A stretch of DNA of 64,000 bases, taken from positions 84,171 through 148,170 of the forward strand of contig CAVVIT010000004.1 in assembly GCA_963748405.1 (NCBI GenBank), read 5' to 3'. The notes under the pieces were generated by a model. It saw only the letters and a list, made by a program, of their open reading frames with translations, made no database searches and was not told the DNA's origin. A program made the translations under genes and the position numbers. Every line of letters begins with the position of its first letter. Within the stretch, counting starts at the first letter, position 1. This stretch comes from Ignavibacteriota bacterium. Lineage in GTDB: Bacteria; Bacteroidota; Ignavibacteria; UBA10030; UBA6906. Positions 18,242-28,062 of the stretch are shown piece after piece.

Positions 18242-19366
18242 ATGAGTCAGGCTTCATTCGAACAGAGCCGTGATCGGATCAATGAATTCTGCGTCGCCCG
18301 CCTCCGGGAGGCGCTGAACCCCGCGACGGGGCTGTTTGACAGGCAGCTCCGCGACAGGAAATGGGACGCCACGCTCGGCACGGAGGACATGACGAGCACC
18401 GCCATCTGCCTCATCGGCATTCACCGCCGGGGCGATGCGAAGTCCGTCGGGCTCGATCCCGCCAGGACCTCCGAAGCGCTCTTCCAGGTCGCCCGGCGGA
18501 GGATGTACGCCGGGGGAACGGGGCTCGTGCTCTGGGCGAACGCTGTCTGGAACGGGATCCCGTATCCCGAAGCGATGCGCGCCATGGGTCTCGGCAGCGC
18601 TGATCCCACGGTGCTTCCCCGCAGCCTGACGACGATGGAGGTGGCCTGGCTCGTCAGCGGGCTGCTGCACGAGCTGAAACGCTCGAAGGATGCCGCCGCA
18701 CGCGCGGCGTTTGACGGAGCGCTCGCGGAGCTCAGGCGCAGGTACCGGCGCGAGGCGGCGCTCGTGGACCACTGTTCCTCCGCGGCGCCCGCGGGGGACC
18801 GGCTCCGGCTCTGGATCCCCAATTTTGCCGACCAGGTGTATTCGCTCCAGGCGTTCTCGTTCGCCGCGCGTGAAGGCATGGGCGCGGAGAACCTCGACAC
18901 CGCCGCCGCCATCGCCGGCCGTCTCGTCGCACTGCAGGGGGAATCCGGGCAGTGGTGGTGGCACTACGACACGAGGAGCGGGAGCGTGGCCCAGCCCTAC
19001 CCGGTCTACGCGGTCCACCAGCACGGGATGGCCCCGATGGCCCTCCGCGCGCTCGCCGCGGCCGGGGGACCCGTTCACGAGGAGCCGATTCGCCGGAGCA
19101 AGGCGTGGCTGACGGGGAACGAGCTCGGTGCGGAGCTCATCGATGAAGCCGCCGGGACCGTCTGGCGGGACATCGAACACGCCGGGGGGAGATTCTCCTC
19201 CCTCGTCCGCCAGGCCAGGTCCGTCCTCGGCATCCCGGAAGGGCACACGGCGGCAAAGACACAGCAGCTCCGGGTGAACTACGAAACCCGTCCCTACGAG
19301 TGGGCGTGGTGCCTGTACGCTGCCGCGATCGAATCGGGAAAGGCCGGCGCGGGTCATGTCGTCTGA
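18242..19366 (+). CDS. hypothetical protein (possible alpha/alpha-toroid repeat fold)
   Basis: Coherent 375-aa ORF in operon context. Weak QxxxGxW-like repeats (GESGQWWWHYD). No confident family assignment. Confidence 0.45.
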   Translation: MSQASFEQSRDRINEFCVARLREALNPATGLFDRQLRDRKWDATLGTEDMTSTAICLIGIHRRGDAKSVGLDPARTSEALFQVARRRMYAGGTGLVLWANAVWNGIPYPEAMRAMGLGSADPTVLPRSLTTMEVAWLVSGLLHELKRSKDAAARAAFDGALAELRRRYRREAALVDHCSSAAPAGDRLRLWIPNFADQVYSLQAFSFAAREGMGAENLDTAAAIAGRLVALQGESGQWWWHYDTRSGSVAQPYPVYAVHQHGMAPMALRALAAAGGPVHEEPIRRSKAWLTGNELGAELIDEAAGTVWRDIEHAGGRFSSLVRQARSVLGIPEGHTAAKTQQLRVNYETRPYEWAWCLYAAAIESGKAGAGHVV

Positions 19367-20138
19367 ACACGATCGCGTTACGCTTCTCGGGTGCCCACTT
19401 GACCTCGTCGATTTCGAAGAGGCCGCCTCCTGGTGCTTCGACGCCGCGCGCGCGAAGGGGAGCCCGGCGCAGCTCGTCACCGTCAACGCACAGAGCCTCC
19501 TGATGATGCGCGACGATCCGGCGATGGATCGTGCGATCAGGGAGGCGGCGATGGTCGTCGCGGACGGCGCGTCGATGGCCCTGGCGGCCCGGATCCTCCG
19601 GCTTCCCTGGAAAGGGCGCGTCACCGGCGTCGACCTGATGGCGCGTCTTCTGCGCGACGGGTCGTCGCGCGGACTGAAGGTGTATTTTCTCGGCGCCACG
19701 GACGTCGTGCTCGACCGGCTGCTGGCCGTCACGCGCGAGCGGCACCCGGGTCTCGTCGTGGCGGGGTACCGGAACGGGTATTTCGACAGGGAAAAAGACG
19801 GGGAAGTCATCGACGCTATCCGCGCTTCGGGCGCGGACGTGCTGTTCGTGGGGATGCCGACCCCCTTCAAGGAGGTCTGGCTCCACAGGAATCTTTCCCG
19901 GTTCGGCGCCGGGCTCGTCATCGGCGTGGGGGGGACGTTCGACGTTCTCGCCGGGCTCGTGCCCCGCGCGCCCGTCTGGATGCAGCGGGCGGGACTCGAA
20001 TGGTCCTGGCGTTTGATGATGGAACCCCGTAAACTCTGGAAACGGAATCTCGTGTACAATTCGCGGTTCGTGGCCCTTCTCCTGCGGGAGAGGATCCTGC
20101 ACGGGCGGGCGCGCGTCGAAACGGCGGTGGGCAGGTGA
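19356..20138 (+). CDS. WecB/TagA/CpsF family glycosyltransferase (GT26)
   Basis: LLGCPLDLVDFEEA...LVTVNAQSLLMM...VADGASMALAARIL...GVGGTFDVLAG are GT26 signatures. Confidence 0.8.
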   Translation: MSSEHDRVTLLGCPLDLVDFEEAASWCFDAARAKGSPAQLVTVNAQSLLMMRDDPAMDRAIREAAMVVADGASMALAARILRLPWKGRVTGVDLMARLLRDGSSRGLKVYFLGATDVVLDRLLAVTRERHPGLVVAGYRNGYFDREKDGEVIDAIRASGADVLFVGMPTPFKEVWLHRNLSRFGAGLVIGVGGTFDVLAGLVPRAPVWMQRAGLEWSWRLMMEPRKLWKRNLVYNSRFVALLLRERILHGRARVETAVGR

Positions 20139-20512
20139 AAAAAGTCCTGATTATCGATGACGATGAGATGCACCTCGTCCTTGTCCGGCAGATACTGGAC
20201 AGGGAGGAATGCACCGTCCTTTCGACCGCCGACGGACCCCACGGCATTACCCTGTACAGGGACCACCGCCCGGAACTCGTCCTCCTGGATCTCGGGCTGC
20301 CGAGCATGAACGGCATCGACGTCCTGAAAGAGATCCGGAAGATCGACAGGAACGCGAAAGTCATCGTCGTGACGGGGTATGCCTCGAGCGAGACGGCCAA
20401 CATCGCCGAGCGCAACGGGGCACTGGAGGTACTGCAGAAGCCGATCGAATTCAGAACGTTTCTCGAGAAGATCAGACGCGCGCTGAATCTGCCCGAGGCG
20501 CAGGATCAATAA
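20135..20512 (+). CDS. single-domain response regulator receiver (CheY-like)
   Basis: KVLIIDDDEM...LVLLDLGLPSMNGIDVLKEIRK...KVIVVTGYAS carries the conserved Asp pocket and Lys of REC domains. There is no output domain and no kinase nearby. GTG start overlaps the upstream stop. Confidence 0.8.
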   Translation: MKKVLIIDDDEMHLVLVRQILDREECTVLSTADGPHGITLYRDHRPELVLLDLGLPSMNGIDVLKEIRKIDRNAKVIVVTGYASSETANIAERNGALEVLQKPIEFRTFLEKIRRALNLPEAQDQ

Positions 20513-20566
20513 GGTTCTCCCCAGTCATCAGTCGTCTGTCCCCCCCGGATTGATCCCGAGAAAATC

Positions 20567-21889
20567 ATGGTATCGCATTCCGGAACGCCAGGTCAGGATT
20601 CGCCGCAGCTTCGGATCTCGGTGGTTTCCGCCGATGCCGACCTTGCCAGCCTGGAGGGGGAATGGAATGCCCTGTTCGCATCGGCGAACTCGTCCGTGTT
20701 CCAGTCGTACGAGTGGGCGGCGGCGTGGTGGAAGCACTTCCGGAACGGCCGCGAGCTCTACTGCCTCTGCTTCCGGTCCGGGGAGCGCCTCGTGGGGCTC
20801 GCGCCTCTCTGCCGGAGGACCGTCACGTTCCTCGGCATCCCGCTCTTCCGTCTCCTGGAATTCCTCGGACGGCCGCACGCCGACTATCTCGACATCATCG
20901 TCCTTCCGGGGTTCGGCGTTCCCGTCGTCGAAGCTTTCGTCGCCCATATCGCCTCCGGGGAGGCACACATCGACCTCCTCGACCTCGAAGAGATCCCCCC
21001 CTGGTCGCTTCTGAAAGAGCACATCGCGGCGCCGGCCGCGGCCTCCGGGATGAAGGCCGTCGTCGACAGGGGCCCGGCCTGCCCGTATATCCCCCTCCCC
21101 GGGACGTTCGATGAATTCCTCGCCGCGCTCGGCCCCAACACGCGGTACAACTACAGGCGCAAGTGGACGCGCCTGAGGGGGGGACACGCCGTCACCGAGC
21201 GCCTCGTGCGGGGAAGCGGCGAAGACGTGCCGGCCGCCCTCCGTTCGTTCATGAAGATCCACGGGGACCGGTGGAAGGGACTCGGATTTCCGAGCGCGTT
21301 CGACAATCCCATCGAGAGAGGTTTCTTCGAGGACATGACGCGCGGATTCGCCCGGAGGGACTGGCTCCGCATATTTCTCCTGGAGGTGGACGGCGTCGAC
21401 GTGGCGGCCAGCCTGGAATTTCTGTACCGGGGGCGCGCCTACATGTACCACTGCAACGCCACGGGCCCCGACGACGTGATGCGCTGCAGCCCGGGCCTTC
21501 TCGTGAAGATCTTCGCCATCCGCTCCGACATAGGGGAGGAGATGCGCGAGTACGACATGCTCAGGGGGGAGGAGAGCTACAAGTACGAGCACCTGAAAGC
21601 TCTCGAGCGGTTCAACAGCACGCTCCGGATGCCCGCGCTCCTTCCCGGGAGCAGCCTCCGGTTCCGCGTGTTCCTCCTCTGGCTTCTCGCCAGAAAATCG
21701 TTCGGCCGCACGAAGCTCGAGTATTATCAATGGCGCCGGTTCACGATTACGAAGAACCCGGGGGGGAAGGAGAAACTGGACTACCTCTTCCGCAGGATCG
21801 CCGAGGTCGGGCACATGGCGCTGCACTTCATCCGCGTCTATTTTGCCGGGGCCCCGCCCGCCGGCGAAAGCCCCGATGCTCACGATTGA
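20567..21889 (+). CDS. FemAB/CelD-like GNAT acyltransferase family protein (paralog 1)
   Basis: VFQSYEWAAAWWKHF..., the LDLEEIP middle region and YMYHCNATGPD resemble BioF2/CelD/FemAB-like (PEP-CTERM-associated FemAB-type) proteins. Unlike paralogs 2-4 it lacks the SELTRSDQ tail. Confidence 0.7.
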   Translation: MVSHSGTPGQDSPQLRISVVSADADLASLEGEWNALFASANSSVFQSYEWAAAWWKHFRNGRELYCLCFRSGERLVGLAPLCRRTVTFLGIPLFRLLEFLGRPHADYLDIIVLPGFGVPVVEAFVAHIASGEAHIDLLDLEEIPPWSLLKEHIAAPAAASGMKAVVDRGPACPYIPLPGTFDEFLAALGPNTRYNYRRKWTRLRGGHAVTERLVRGSGEDVPAALRSFMKIHGDRWKGLGFPSAFDNPIERGFFEDMTRGFARRDWLRIFLLEVDGVDVAASLEFLYRGRAYMYHCNATGPDDVMRCSPGLLVKIFAIRSDIGEEMREYDMLRGEESYKYEHLKALERFNSTLRMPALLPGSSLRFRVFLLWLLARKSFGRTKLEYYQWRRFTITKNPGGKEKLDYLFRRIAEVGHMALHFIRVYFAGAPPAGESPDAHD

Positions 21890-23066
21890 ACCGGTGACCA
21901 CAGACCGGGAGTTCTCCGCGCTGGCTCCCGACTGGAACTCCGTCCTCGCCGCTTCCGGCCGGCGGTCTCTCTACCTGACGCACGAATGGCTCGACGCCTG
22001 GTGGCGCACGCACGGGGCCCCGGGGAGCGAGCTGTGCATACTCGTCGTCCGGGACGAACAGGGGATCGCCGCGCTGGCGCCGCTCGTCCGTGTGACCCGC
22101 CGGTACCTCGGCGTCCCGGTGCGGATGATCGAATTCCTCTCGATGTCGATGTATGCCGACCATCCCGCTGCGGTGACAGGAACGCTTGACTGGATCATCC
22201 GGAGGGATCCCCTCCCGGTGATCGGCGCGCTCATCGACCACCTCCTCCGCGGGAGAGACACCTGGCAGGCCCTCCGGCTCCATCCCGTCCCTTCCGACTC
22301 GCCGTACCTGCCGCTCCTGGTCGGCGAGGCGGCGCGCCGCGATTGCACCGTCGACCGGCGGCACGTGCTCGATAACGCGGTGATCGACTGCGGCCAGGGG
22401 TGGGACCGGTTCTTCGGCGGCCTCACCGGGGACTTCCGCCGTACGCTCAGGCGGAGGGGTGAGAACCTGGCGAAGATTGGAGCGGTCGCCTTCAGCAGGA
22501 TCGACGCACTGGAGACCGCCGGTATGTTCCGCCGGCTGCTCGACGTCGAGCGGCGGAGCTGGAAGTGGGAGAGGGGGGTGAGTCTCAATTCCGCCGCGTA
22601 CGGCGATTTCTTCCCGGAGTTCGCGCGCACGGCGGCCGGGCGCGGGTGGCTTCGCACGTGGGTTCTCTCGCTCGGGGAGGAGGACATCGCCTACGAGCTC
22701 TGCGTAACATTCCAGGGCGAGCTTCACTGCCTGAAAAAGAGCTACGATGCGCGCTACAGCACTGCATTTCCGGGGGGGCTTCTCGAGCGCCGCATTTACG
22801 AGGATGCGTTCCGGGACGGGATCATCCGCATTCACACGCTCTGGGGAGATGAAGCTCACAAGCTCCGCTGGCACTCGGCGCTCGAGCCCCACGAAGAACT
22901 CCTCCTCTTCCACGATGCTCCCGCCTCCCGGAGCGCGCGAGCGTTCCTGCTCGGCGCAAAAGCCCCGCGCTTACACAGAGAGGTGGCCGAAGCGGGCAAA
23001 CGCGCTCTCCGGCGGGCCGGTCTTCACCCGCGGTGTTCCGAACTGACGCGAACGGACCAGCTGTGA
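21876..23066 (+). CDS. FemAB/CelD-like GNAT acyltransferase family protein (paralog 2)
   Basis: LYLTHEWLDAWWRTHG..., ERRSWKWERG, and the C-terminal ...PRCSELTRTDQL tail. Start chosen at MLTIEP, overlapping the paralog-1 stop by 14 nt. Confidence 0.7.
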   Translation: MLTIEPVTTDREFSALAPDWNSVLAASGRRSLYLTHEWLDAWWRTHGAPGSELCILVVRDEQGIAALAPLVRVTRRYLGVPVRMIEFLSMSMYADHPAAVTGTLDWIIRRDPLPVIGALIDHLLRGRDTWQALRLHPVPSDSPYLPLLVGEAARRDCTVDRRHVLDNAVIDCGQGWDRFFGGLTGDFRRTLRRRGENLAKIGAVAFSRIDALETAGMFRRLLDVERRSWKWERGVSLNSAAYGDFFPEFARTAAGRGWLRTWVLSLGEEDIAYELCVTFQGELHCLKKSYDARYSTAFPGGLLERRIYEDAFRDGIIRIHTLWGDEAHKLRWHSALEPHEELLLFHDAPASRSARAFLLGAKAPRLHREVAEAGKRALRRAGLHPRCSELTRTDQL

Positions 23067-24292
23067 GCGCCGCCGGTGCACACGGTACGGACGCACCGCC
23101 GCTCACCGTGACGGAGTATGGAACGGCGGACGGGTTCGCGCAACTCGAGGGTGTATGGAACGGGCTCCTTCGCTCCTCTCCCGCCCCTTCGCTCTACATG
23201 TCGTTCGAGTGGCTGCGGGCGTGGTGGGAGTGCTTCGGCGGCGGAAAGAGACGGCTCAGAATCCTCGGCGTGTCGGCGGGTGAGCGGACGATCGCGATCG
23301 CGCCGTTCATGGAGGTGCGGAGGCGGTTTCTCGGGATGCCCTACAGGACGATCGAGTTCATCTCGTCGCGCGATTACGCATTCTCGCACCTGACGATGTC
23401 GGGCATACTCGACGTCATTGCCCCCCCTGACGCCGAAGAAGCGGTCGACGCGGTCCTGCGTCACCTGCTCTCCGCCGGGGAGGACTGGGCGTTCATGAGG
23501 CTGGAGCCTCTTGCCGGTGAAGGGGTCGTCCGGCGCGTCCTCGAGGCGCGGGCGGCGGCCTTCGGGCTTCATGTGAAGGAGGGAGATACATTCGAGGCGT
23601 ACGAGGCGGAACTCGGTCCGGGGTGGGAAGCCCGCCGGATGGGGCCGGAGTCGCACCGCCGGGATCCGTCAGGGGCATTGAATGAGAAGCTCAGAAAGCA
23701 GGGGGAGATCACGTGGGAGGACACAGACGGGAGCGGCGGCCCGGAATTGCTGTTCGGGACGCTCCTCGACATCGAGCGGAGAAGCTGGAAGTGGAACCGC
23801 GGCCTGAGCATCAACGCGCTCGGCTACGGGGGGTTTTATCCCCTCTTCCTGCAATCCGCCGCCGGGAACCGCACGCTGAGGGTCACGCTCCTGAACATCG
23901 ACGGGCGCCCCGTGGCATATGTCTTCAGCGCACTGTTCGGCGGAACGCTGGAGGCGCTGAAGACCGCATATGACGGCTCGTTCGCCCGGAGTTCGCCCGG
24001 ACGTGCGGCTCTCTGGCACCACGTGCAGCAGGCCGCCGCCGAAGGGATCTCTCGCGTGAACCTGCACATCGGATCGAAGGAGTATAAATCCGAGTGGGCC
24101 ACCGGCTCCCGGATGTACACCGAGCTTTTCCTCCTTCGAACGTCAGCGCGGGGAAAGATCATCGGATTCCTTCTCTTCACGCTCGGTCTGTACGGCAGGT
24201 TTCGATTCATCCCGGATCTCACAAAGCGGGTCCTGCGGCGGCTCGGGTTCACGCCCCGCTGGTCGGAGCTCACGCGCTCAGATCAGGTCTGA
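23033..24292 (+). CDS. FemAB/CelD-like GNAT acyltransferase family protein (paralog 3)
   Basis: LYMSFEWLRAWWECFG, ERRSWKWNRG, and the C-terminal ...PRWSELTRSDQV tail. An alternative GTG start at 23063 overlaps the paralog-2 stop (GTGA). Confidence 0.7.
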   Translation: MFRTDANGPAVSAAGAHGTDAPPLTVTEYGTADGFAQLEGVWNGLLRSSPAPSLYMSFEWLRAWWECFGGGKRRLRILGVSAGERTIAIAPFMEVRRRFLGMPYRTIEFISSRDYAFSHLTMSGILDVIAPPDAEEAVDAVLRHLLSAGEDWAFMRLEPLAGEGVVRRVLEARAAAFGLHVKEGDTFEAYEAELGPGWEARRMGPESHRRDPSGALNEKLRKQGEITWEDTDGSGGPELLFGTLLDIERRSWKWNRGLSINALGYGGFYPLFLQSAAGNRTLRVTLLNIDGRPVAYVFSALFGGTLEALKTAYDGSFARSSPGRAALWHHVQQAAAEGISRVNLHIGSKEYKSEWATGSRMYTELFLLRTSARGKIIGFLLFTLGLYGRFRFIPDLTKRVLRRLGFTPRWSELTRSDQV

Positions 24293-24293
24293 C

Positions 24294-25412
24294 ATGCCAA
24301 GAGTCTCGGTGGTTCTTCCGACATACAACAGGGCGTCGACGCTCGCCCGGGCGGTGGGGAGCGTCCTTGCACAATCGTGGTCCGATTTTGAGCTGATCGT
24401 CGTCGACGACGGCTCGACGGACGGCTCGGTCGACGGGATCGCGGAGCTGGACCGCCGCATTTGCGTCCTCCGCAGGGAGAACGGCGGAGTGTCCGCCGCG
24501 CGGAACAGCGGACTCTCCCGGGCCTCCGGCGATCTCATCGCGTTCATCGATTCGGATGACGAGTGGCGCCCGTTCTACCTCCGGCTGGCGTGCGCTTTTT
24601 TTGACGCATTCCCGGCCGAGGATCTCTTCAGTACCGAGATACTCGTCCGGCTTCCCGGCGGGGAGGAGACGATTTTTCCCCGCGAGGAGGTTGCCCGGTG
24701 GTACCCCCGTCTCGCCTCCCGCGTGGGATCGCGCCTGCTCGATCTCCCTGCGGGAGAACGGGACCCGTACAGGAGGCTCTTCGGCCGGAAGATGAGCGCG
24801 GACTGGTCGAAGGGGATCGGACCGGAACCCGGCGTTGCAGGCGCAAGCCACTACCGGGGTGCCGTGTACCCGCATTTGCGCTGGGGATACATTGCCGGTC
24901 TCCAGGCGATGGTCATGACGAAGAGGGCGTCGCTTGCGGCCGGCGTCTTCGACACGAATCTCAGGACGGCCGAGGATTTCGCGTACATCGGGCGCCTCCT
25001 GAGAGCGTTTCCGCTGAACCTGGTCTCGTGCCAGGGTTGCATCAAACACGAGGAGGAGACCGAGGAGCACCTGGCAACGGGAAAACACGCTCTGGAATTC
25101 AGGGAAAACCTCTACGGCCAGTTTAAGCACATGATAGGTTCGGTCGCTCCCGAAAGAAGCGATCAGCGCATTCTTCTCGGGTTCAAGGCCTTCGACGTGG
25201 CTGTGGCTGCTCTTGACGCGGGGGACCGACTGAAGGCCCTCCGGTATCTCGATACGGCCTGCGCTTCGATAGGCGGGTTCCGGCGCGGGGCCATCCTCCG
25301 GTTCATTCTCCGCACGGTCCGTTCTACGCGCCTGACCCGGTTTTTCTACCGGCTGATGAATGGGATCGAGCACAGGCTCCGTTCCCGCGTTCCATCGGGC
25401 GGGGGTGCGTGA
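24294..25412 (+). CDS. glycosyltransferase family 2
   Basis: VSVVLPTYNRASTL...LIVVDDGSTDGS...IAFIDSDDEW is the canonical GT2 DxD architecture. It sits between FemAB-like paralogs 3 and 4. Confidence 0.8.
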   Translation: MPRVSVVLPTYNRASTLARAVGSVLAQSWSDFELIVVDDGSTDGSVDGIAELDRRICVLRRENGGVSAARNSGLSRASGDLIAFIDSDDEWRPFYLRLACAFFDAFPAEDLFSTEILVRLPGGEETIFPREEVARWYPRLASRVGSRLLDLPAGERDPYRRLFGRKMSADWSKGIGPEPGVAGASHYRGAVYPHLRWGYIAGLQAMVMTKRASLAAGVFDTNLRTAEDFAYIGRLLRAFPLNLVSCQGCIKHEEETEEHLATGKHALEFRENLYGQFKHMIGSVAPERSDQRILLGFKAFDVAVAALDAGDRLKALRYLDTACASIGGFRRGAILRFILRTVRSTRLTRFFYRLMNGIEHRLRSRVPSGGGA

Positions 25413-25414
25413 CG

Positions 25415-26605
25415 ATGTATGAGGTGCGCGAACATACGGCGTTCGAGGAGATGCTCCCGATTGCCGGCGAGTGGACCCGGCTGGCGCTCGCGCCGGGGGG
25501 GCCGGGGATATTCGGGACGTTTGAGTGGGCTGCAACCTGGTGGAAATGCCACGCCGGGGAAGGTCGGAGTCTCATGGTTCTCTCCGCCTGGCTTGACGGG
25601 AAGATCGCGTGCATCGCTCCTCTTATGACAGGGAGATCGTGGTTCGGACCGTTTCCCGTCTTGACGGTGGAATTCATCTCGACGTGGAAGTTCGCGGGGT
25701 CTGCCGCCAGCGTCCTCGGATCGATGGACTTCGTCGCAGACCCGGCTCACAGGGGGGAAGCCATTGATGCGACGCTTCTTTATATTGAAGAGAAGGAGTG
25801 GGATCTCCTCCGGCTTCACCCGATTCCCGAAGATTCAACGGCAATACCCGCGCTGAAACGCTGGGGCTCCTCCGGAGGGAGATCGGTCGTCGTGCAGCAC
25901 GTGTTCGACAACGCCGTCCTCCGGTCGGGGGGCGGAGATGAAGGTTTCCGGTCGCACCTCTCTTCGAAGTTCAAGGCCAGGCTCCGCCAGGCCGGGGACA
26001 AGCTCGGACGGCGCGGCGCGGTGGACTTCGTCGAATACACGTCTCCGGGGGATGTCCCCCGGTCGTTCGAGCGAATCACCGCCATCGAACGGGGAAGCTG
26101 GAAATGGGAGAAGGGGATCGCCATTAGCTCTGCGGCCTACCGGGAGTTCTTTCCCGCGATCGCGCTTTCGGCTGCCGGCAGGGGCTGGCTGAAGCTGGGG
26201 TTCCTCCGGCTGGATGGGAGGGAGATCGCGTATTCTGTTATGGTGGTCACGGGGGAGACCGCCACGTTCCTCAAGACGGGATACGATGACGCGCACGACG
26301 ACTGCTCTCCCGGGAGCCTGCTGATGGACTGGACATTCGCCCGACTCGCGCGCGAAGGTGTGCGCCGGATCGACATGTTTTCCGGCGACTGGGGATACAA
26401 GCAGCGCTGGCAGGCGGTGCCGGAACCTCACTGCGAGGTGCAGGTCTTCAGAGGCAGTGCGTATGCCCGGTTCCTCCGATTCATGTACTGGAATCTTGGA
26501 TTGTACGGCAAAGCGAGAACGCCGGTCCTCCTGTTCAAGCGCGTTCTGAGGAAATGCGGCATCCCCTGGAGGCATTCTGAGCTCACACGGTCCGATCAAC
26601 TCTGA
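25415..26605 (+). CDS. FemAB/CelD-like GNAT acyltransferase family protein (paralog 4)
   Basis: IFGTFEWAATWWKCHAG, ERGSWKWEKG, and the C-terminal ...WRHSELTRSDQL tail. ATG at 25415; an alternative GTG at 25409 overlaps the GT2 stop. Confidence 0.7.
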   Translation: MYEVREHTAFEEMLPIAGEWTRLALAPGGPGIFGTFEWAATWWKCHAGEGRSLMVLSAWLDGKIACIAPLMTGRSWFGPFPVLTVEFISTWKFAGSAASVLGSMDFVADPAHRGEAIDATLLYIEEKEWDLLRLHPIPEDSTAIPALKRWGSSGGRSVVVQHVFDNAVLRSGGGDEGFRSHLSSKFKARLRQAGDKLGRRGAVDFVEYTSPGDVPRSFERITAIERGSWKWEKGIAISSAAYREFFPAIALSAAGRGWLKLGFLRLDGREIAYSVMVVTGETATFLKTGYDDAHDDCSPGSLLMDWTFARLAREGVRRIDMFSGDWGYKQRWQAVPEPHCEVQVFRGSAYARFLRFMYWNLGLYGKARTPVLLFKRVLRKCGIPWRHSELTRSDQL

Positions 26606-26617
26606 GGCGGAAATCCT

Positions 26618-27817
26618 ATGATGGAATTCATCGAGGTGACCGAGGCAGTCTTCCTTCTTTTTCTGGGGATCAGTCTCGTGTATCTCGCCACACTGACCGT
26701 CCTGGCCCTGATCATGCGCGGCCGTTCCGTCCCCCCGGCCGCACGTGAACGCCGGTTCGCCGTCGTCGTCCCGGCCCACAACGAAGAGGCGGGAATCGCC
26801 GCGACGCTCGCCTCCCTCGCTTCGGTCGACTATCCCGCCGGGCTGCGGGAGATCATCGTGATTGCGGACAACTGCACCGACCGGACGGCCGCAATCGCGC
26901 GCTCCTCCGGTGCGACCGTCCTGGAGAGAAACGATGCGGAGCATCGGGGGAAGGGGTTCGCGCTCCGCTGGTGCTTCGACCGTCTTGTGGCCGCGGAGAG
27001 GCCGTACGACGCTGTCGTCGTCATCGACGCGGACACCGAAGCGCCGAAGAATCTCCTGCGCGCGATGAACGACCGGCTCGCTCTCGGCGCAGAGGTCCTG
27101 CAGTGCAATGACATGGTCAAGCCGCTTCCCGGCGCGTGGAGTTCCGAGATGACGCGTCTCGGCTTCACGCTGTACAACTATGTGCGCCCCCTGGGGCGGA
27201 CGGCGTTCGGGGGCTCGGCGGGACTCAAGGGGAACGGCATGTGTTTCACGACCCGTATTCTCCGGGACCACCCGTGGAGGGCCTACTCGCGCGCCGAGGA
27301 TCTCGAGTACGGACTCCAGCTTCTTGTCGAAGGGGTCCCCGTCGGGTTCGCCCCCGAAGCGACGATACTGGCGACGATGCCGGGCGAGGCTGCGAACGCC
27401 GAAAGCCAGCGCGCACGATGGGAGGGGGGGAGGCTTCCGCTGATCAGGACGTACTGGCGGCCTCTCCTTGCGCGATTCCTCCGGAGCGGATCGCTCGTTC
27501 CGCTGGACGCACTCCTCGAGCTGTGTTCGCCCGCGCTCGTAAACATGCTCGCCCTCTCGCTTCTGCTGGCGGCGTTGAACTTCGTCCTTCTCCTGACGGG
27601 AGTCGGGCACGCCGCGTATTTCTTTGCAGGCTGGACGCTTCTTGTGTGCCTTGGGCTGGTGCACCTGTTTCTCGGTATTCTCGTTGCACGGGACTCAGGC
27701 CTCCTCCGGGTTCTTGTCCACCTGCCCCGATTTATCGTCTGGAAAGGCTTCCTTTACGTAAAGCTTCTCTTCAGGAAGAAGAAGACCACGGAATGGGTCA
27801 GAACGACACGGGAATGA
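26618..27817 (+). CDS. membrane glycosyltransferase family 2 (synthase-type, TM-flanked GT-A domain)
   Basis: N-terminal TM, then FAVVVPAHNEE...IIVIADNCTD...VVIDADT (DxD) and a Q-x2-RW-like ESQRARWEGG, followed by 3-4 C-terminal TM helices. Confidence 0.75.
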   Translation: MMEFIEVTEAVFLLFLGISLVYLATLTVLALIMRGRSVPPAARERRFAVVVPAHNEEAGIAATLASLASVDYPAGLREIIVIADNCTDRTAAIARSSGATVLERNDAEHRGKGFALRWCFDRLVAAERPYDAVVVIDADTEAPKNLLRAMNDRLALGAEVLQCNDMVKPLPGAWSSEMTRLGFTLYNYVRPLGRTAFGGSAGLKGNGMCFTTRILRDHPWRAYSRAEDLEYGLQLLVEGVPVGFAPEATILATMPGEAANAESQRARWEGGRLPLIRTYWRPLLARFLRSGSLVPLDALLELCSPALVNMLALSLLLAALNFVLLLTGVGHAAYFFAGWTLLVCLGLVHLFLGILVARDSGLLRVLVHLPRFIVWKGFLYVKLLFRKKKTTEWVRTTRE

Positions 27818-28062
27818 GGATTCAGGGCCGGGCAATGCATAGAGATCGGTGAAAAATTCTCAAAAATTGCGATTCTGTGATGGGAATCATAAATTGACAT
27901 CGCATAAACGCTACATTGCGTACGAACCGTTTCTCTCGTTTCACTCCCCCCCCGGACCATCCCGCCCCCAGGCAGGATGAACGCGGCTTTATGTTTCCGG
28001 CTTTGAGATTGTCCCCGCTTCACCGAACGAAGTTGCACTGCCATCCACACAATGAGGAACAT

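Noticed and set aside
18254-20509. 751-aa minus-strand ORF
   Set aside because: Antisense shadow ORF of three well-supported plus-strand genes (hypothetical, GT26, receiver). Its translation is Arg/Pro/Gly-rich low-complexity, typical of high-GC antisense frames, with no recognisable motifs.
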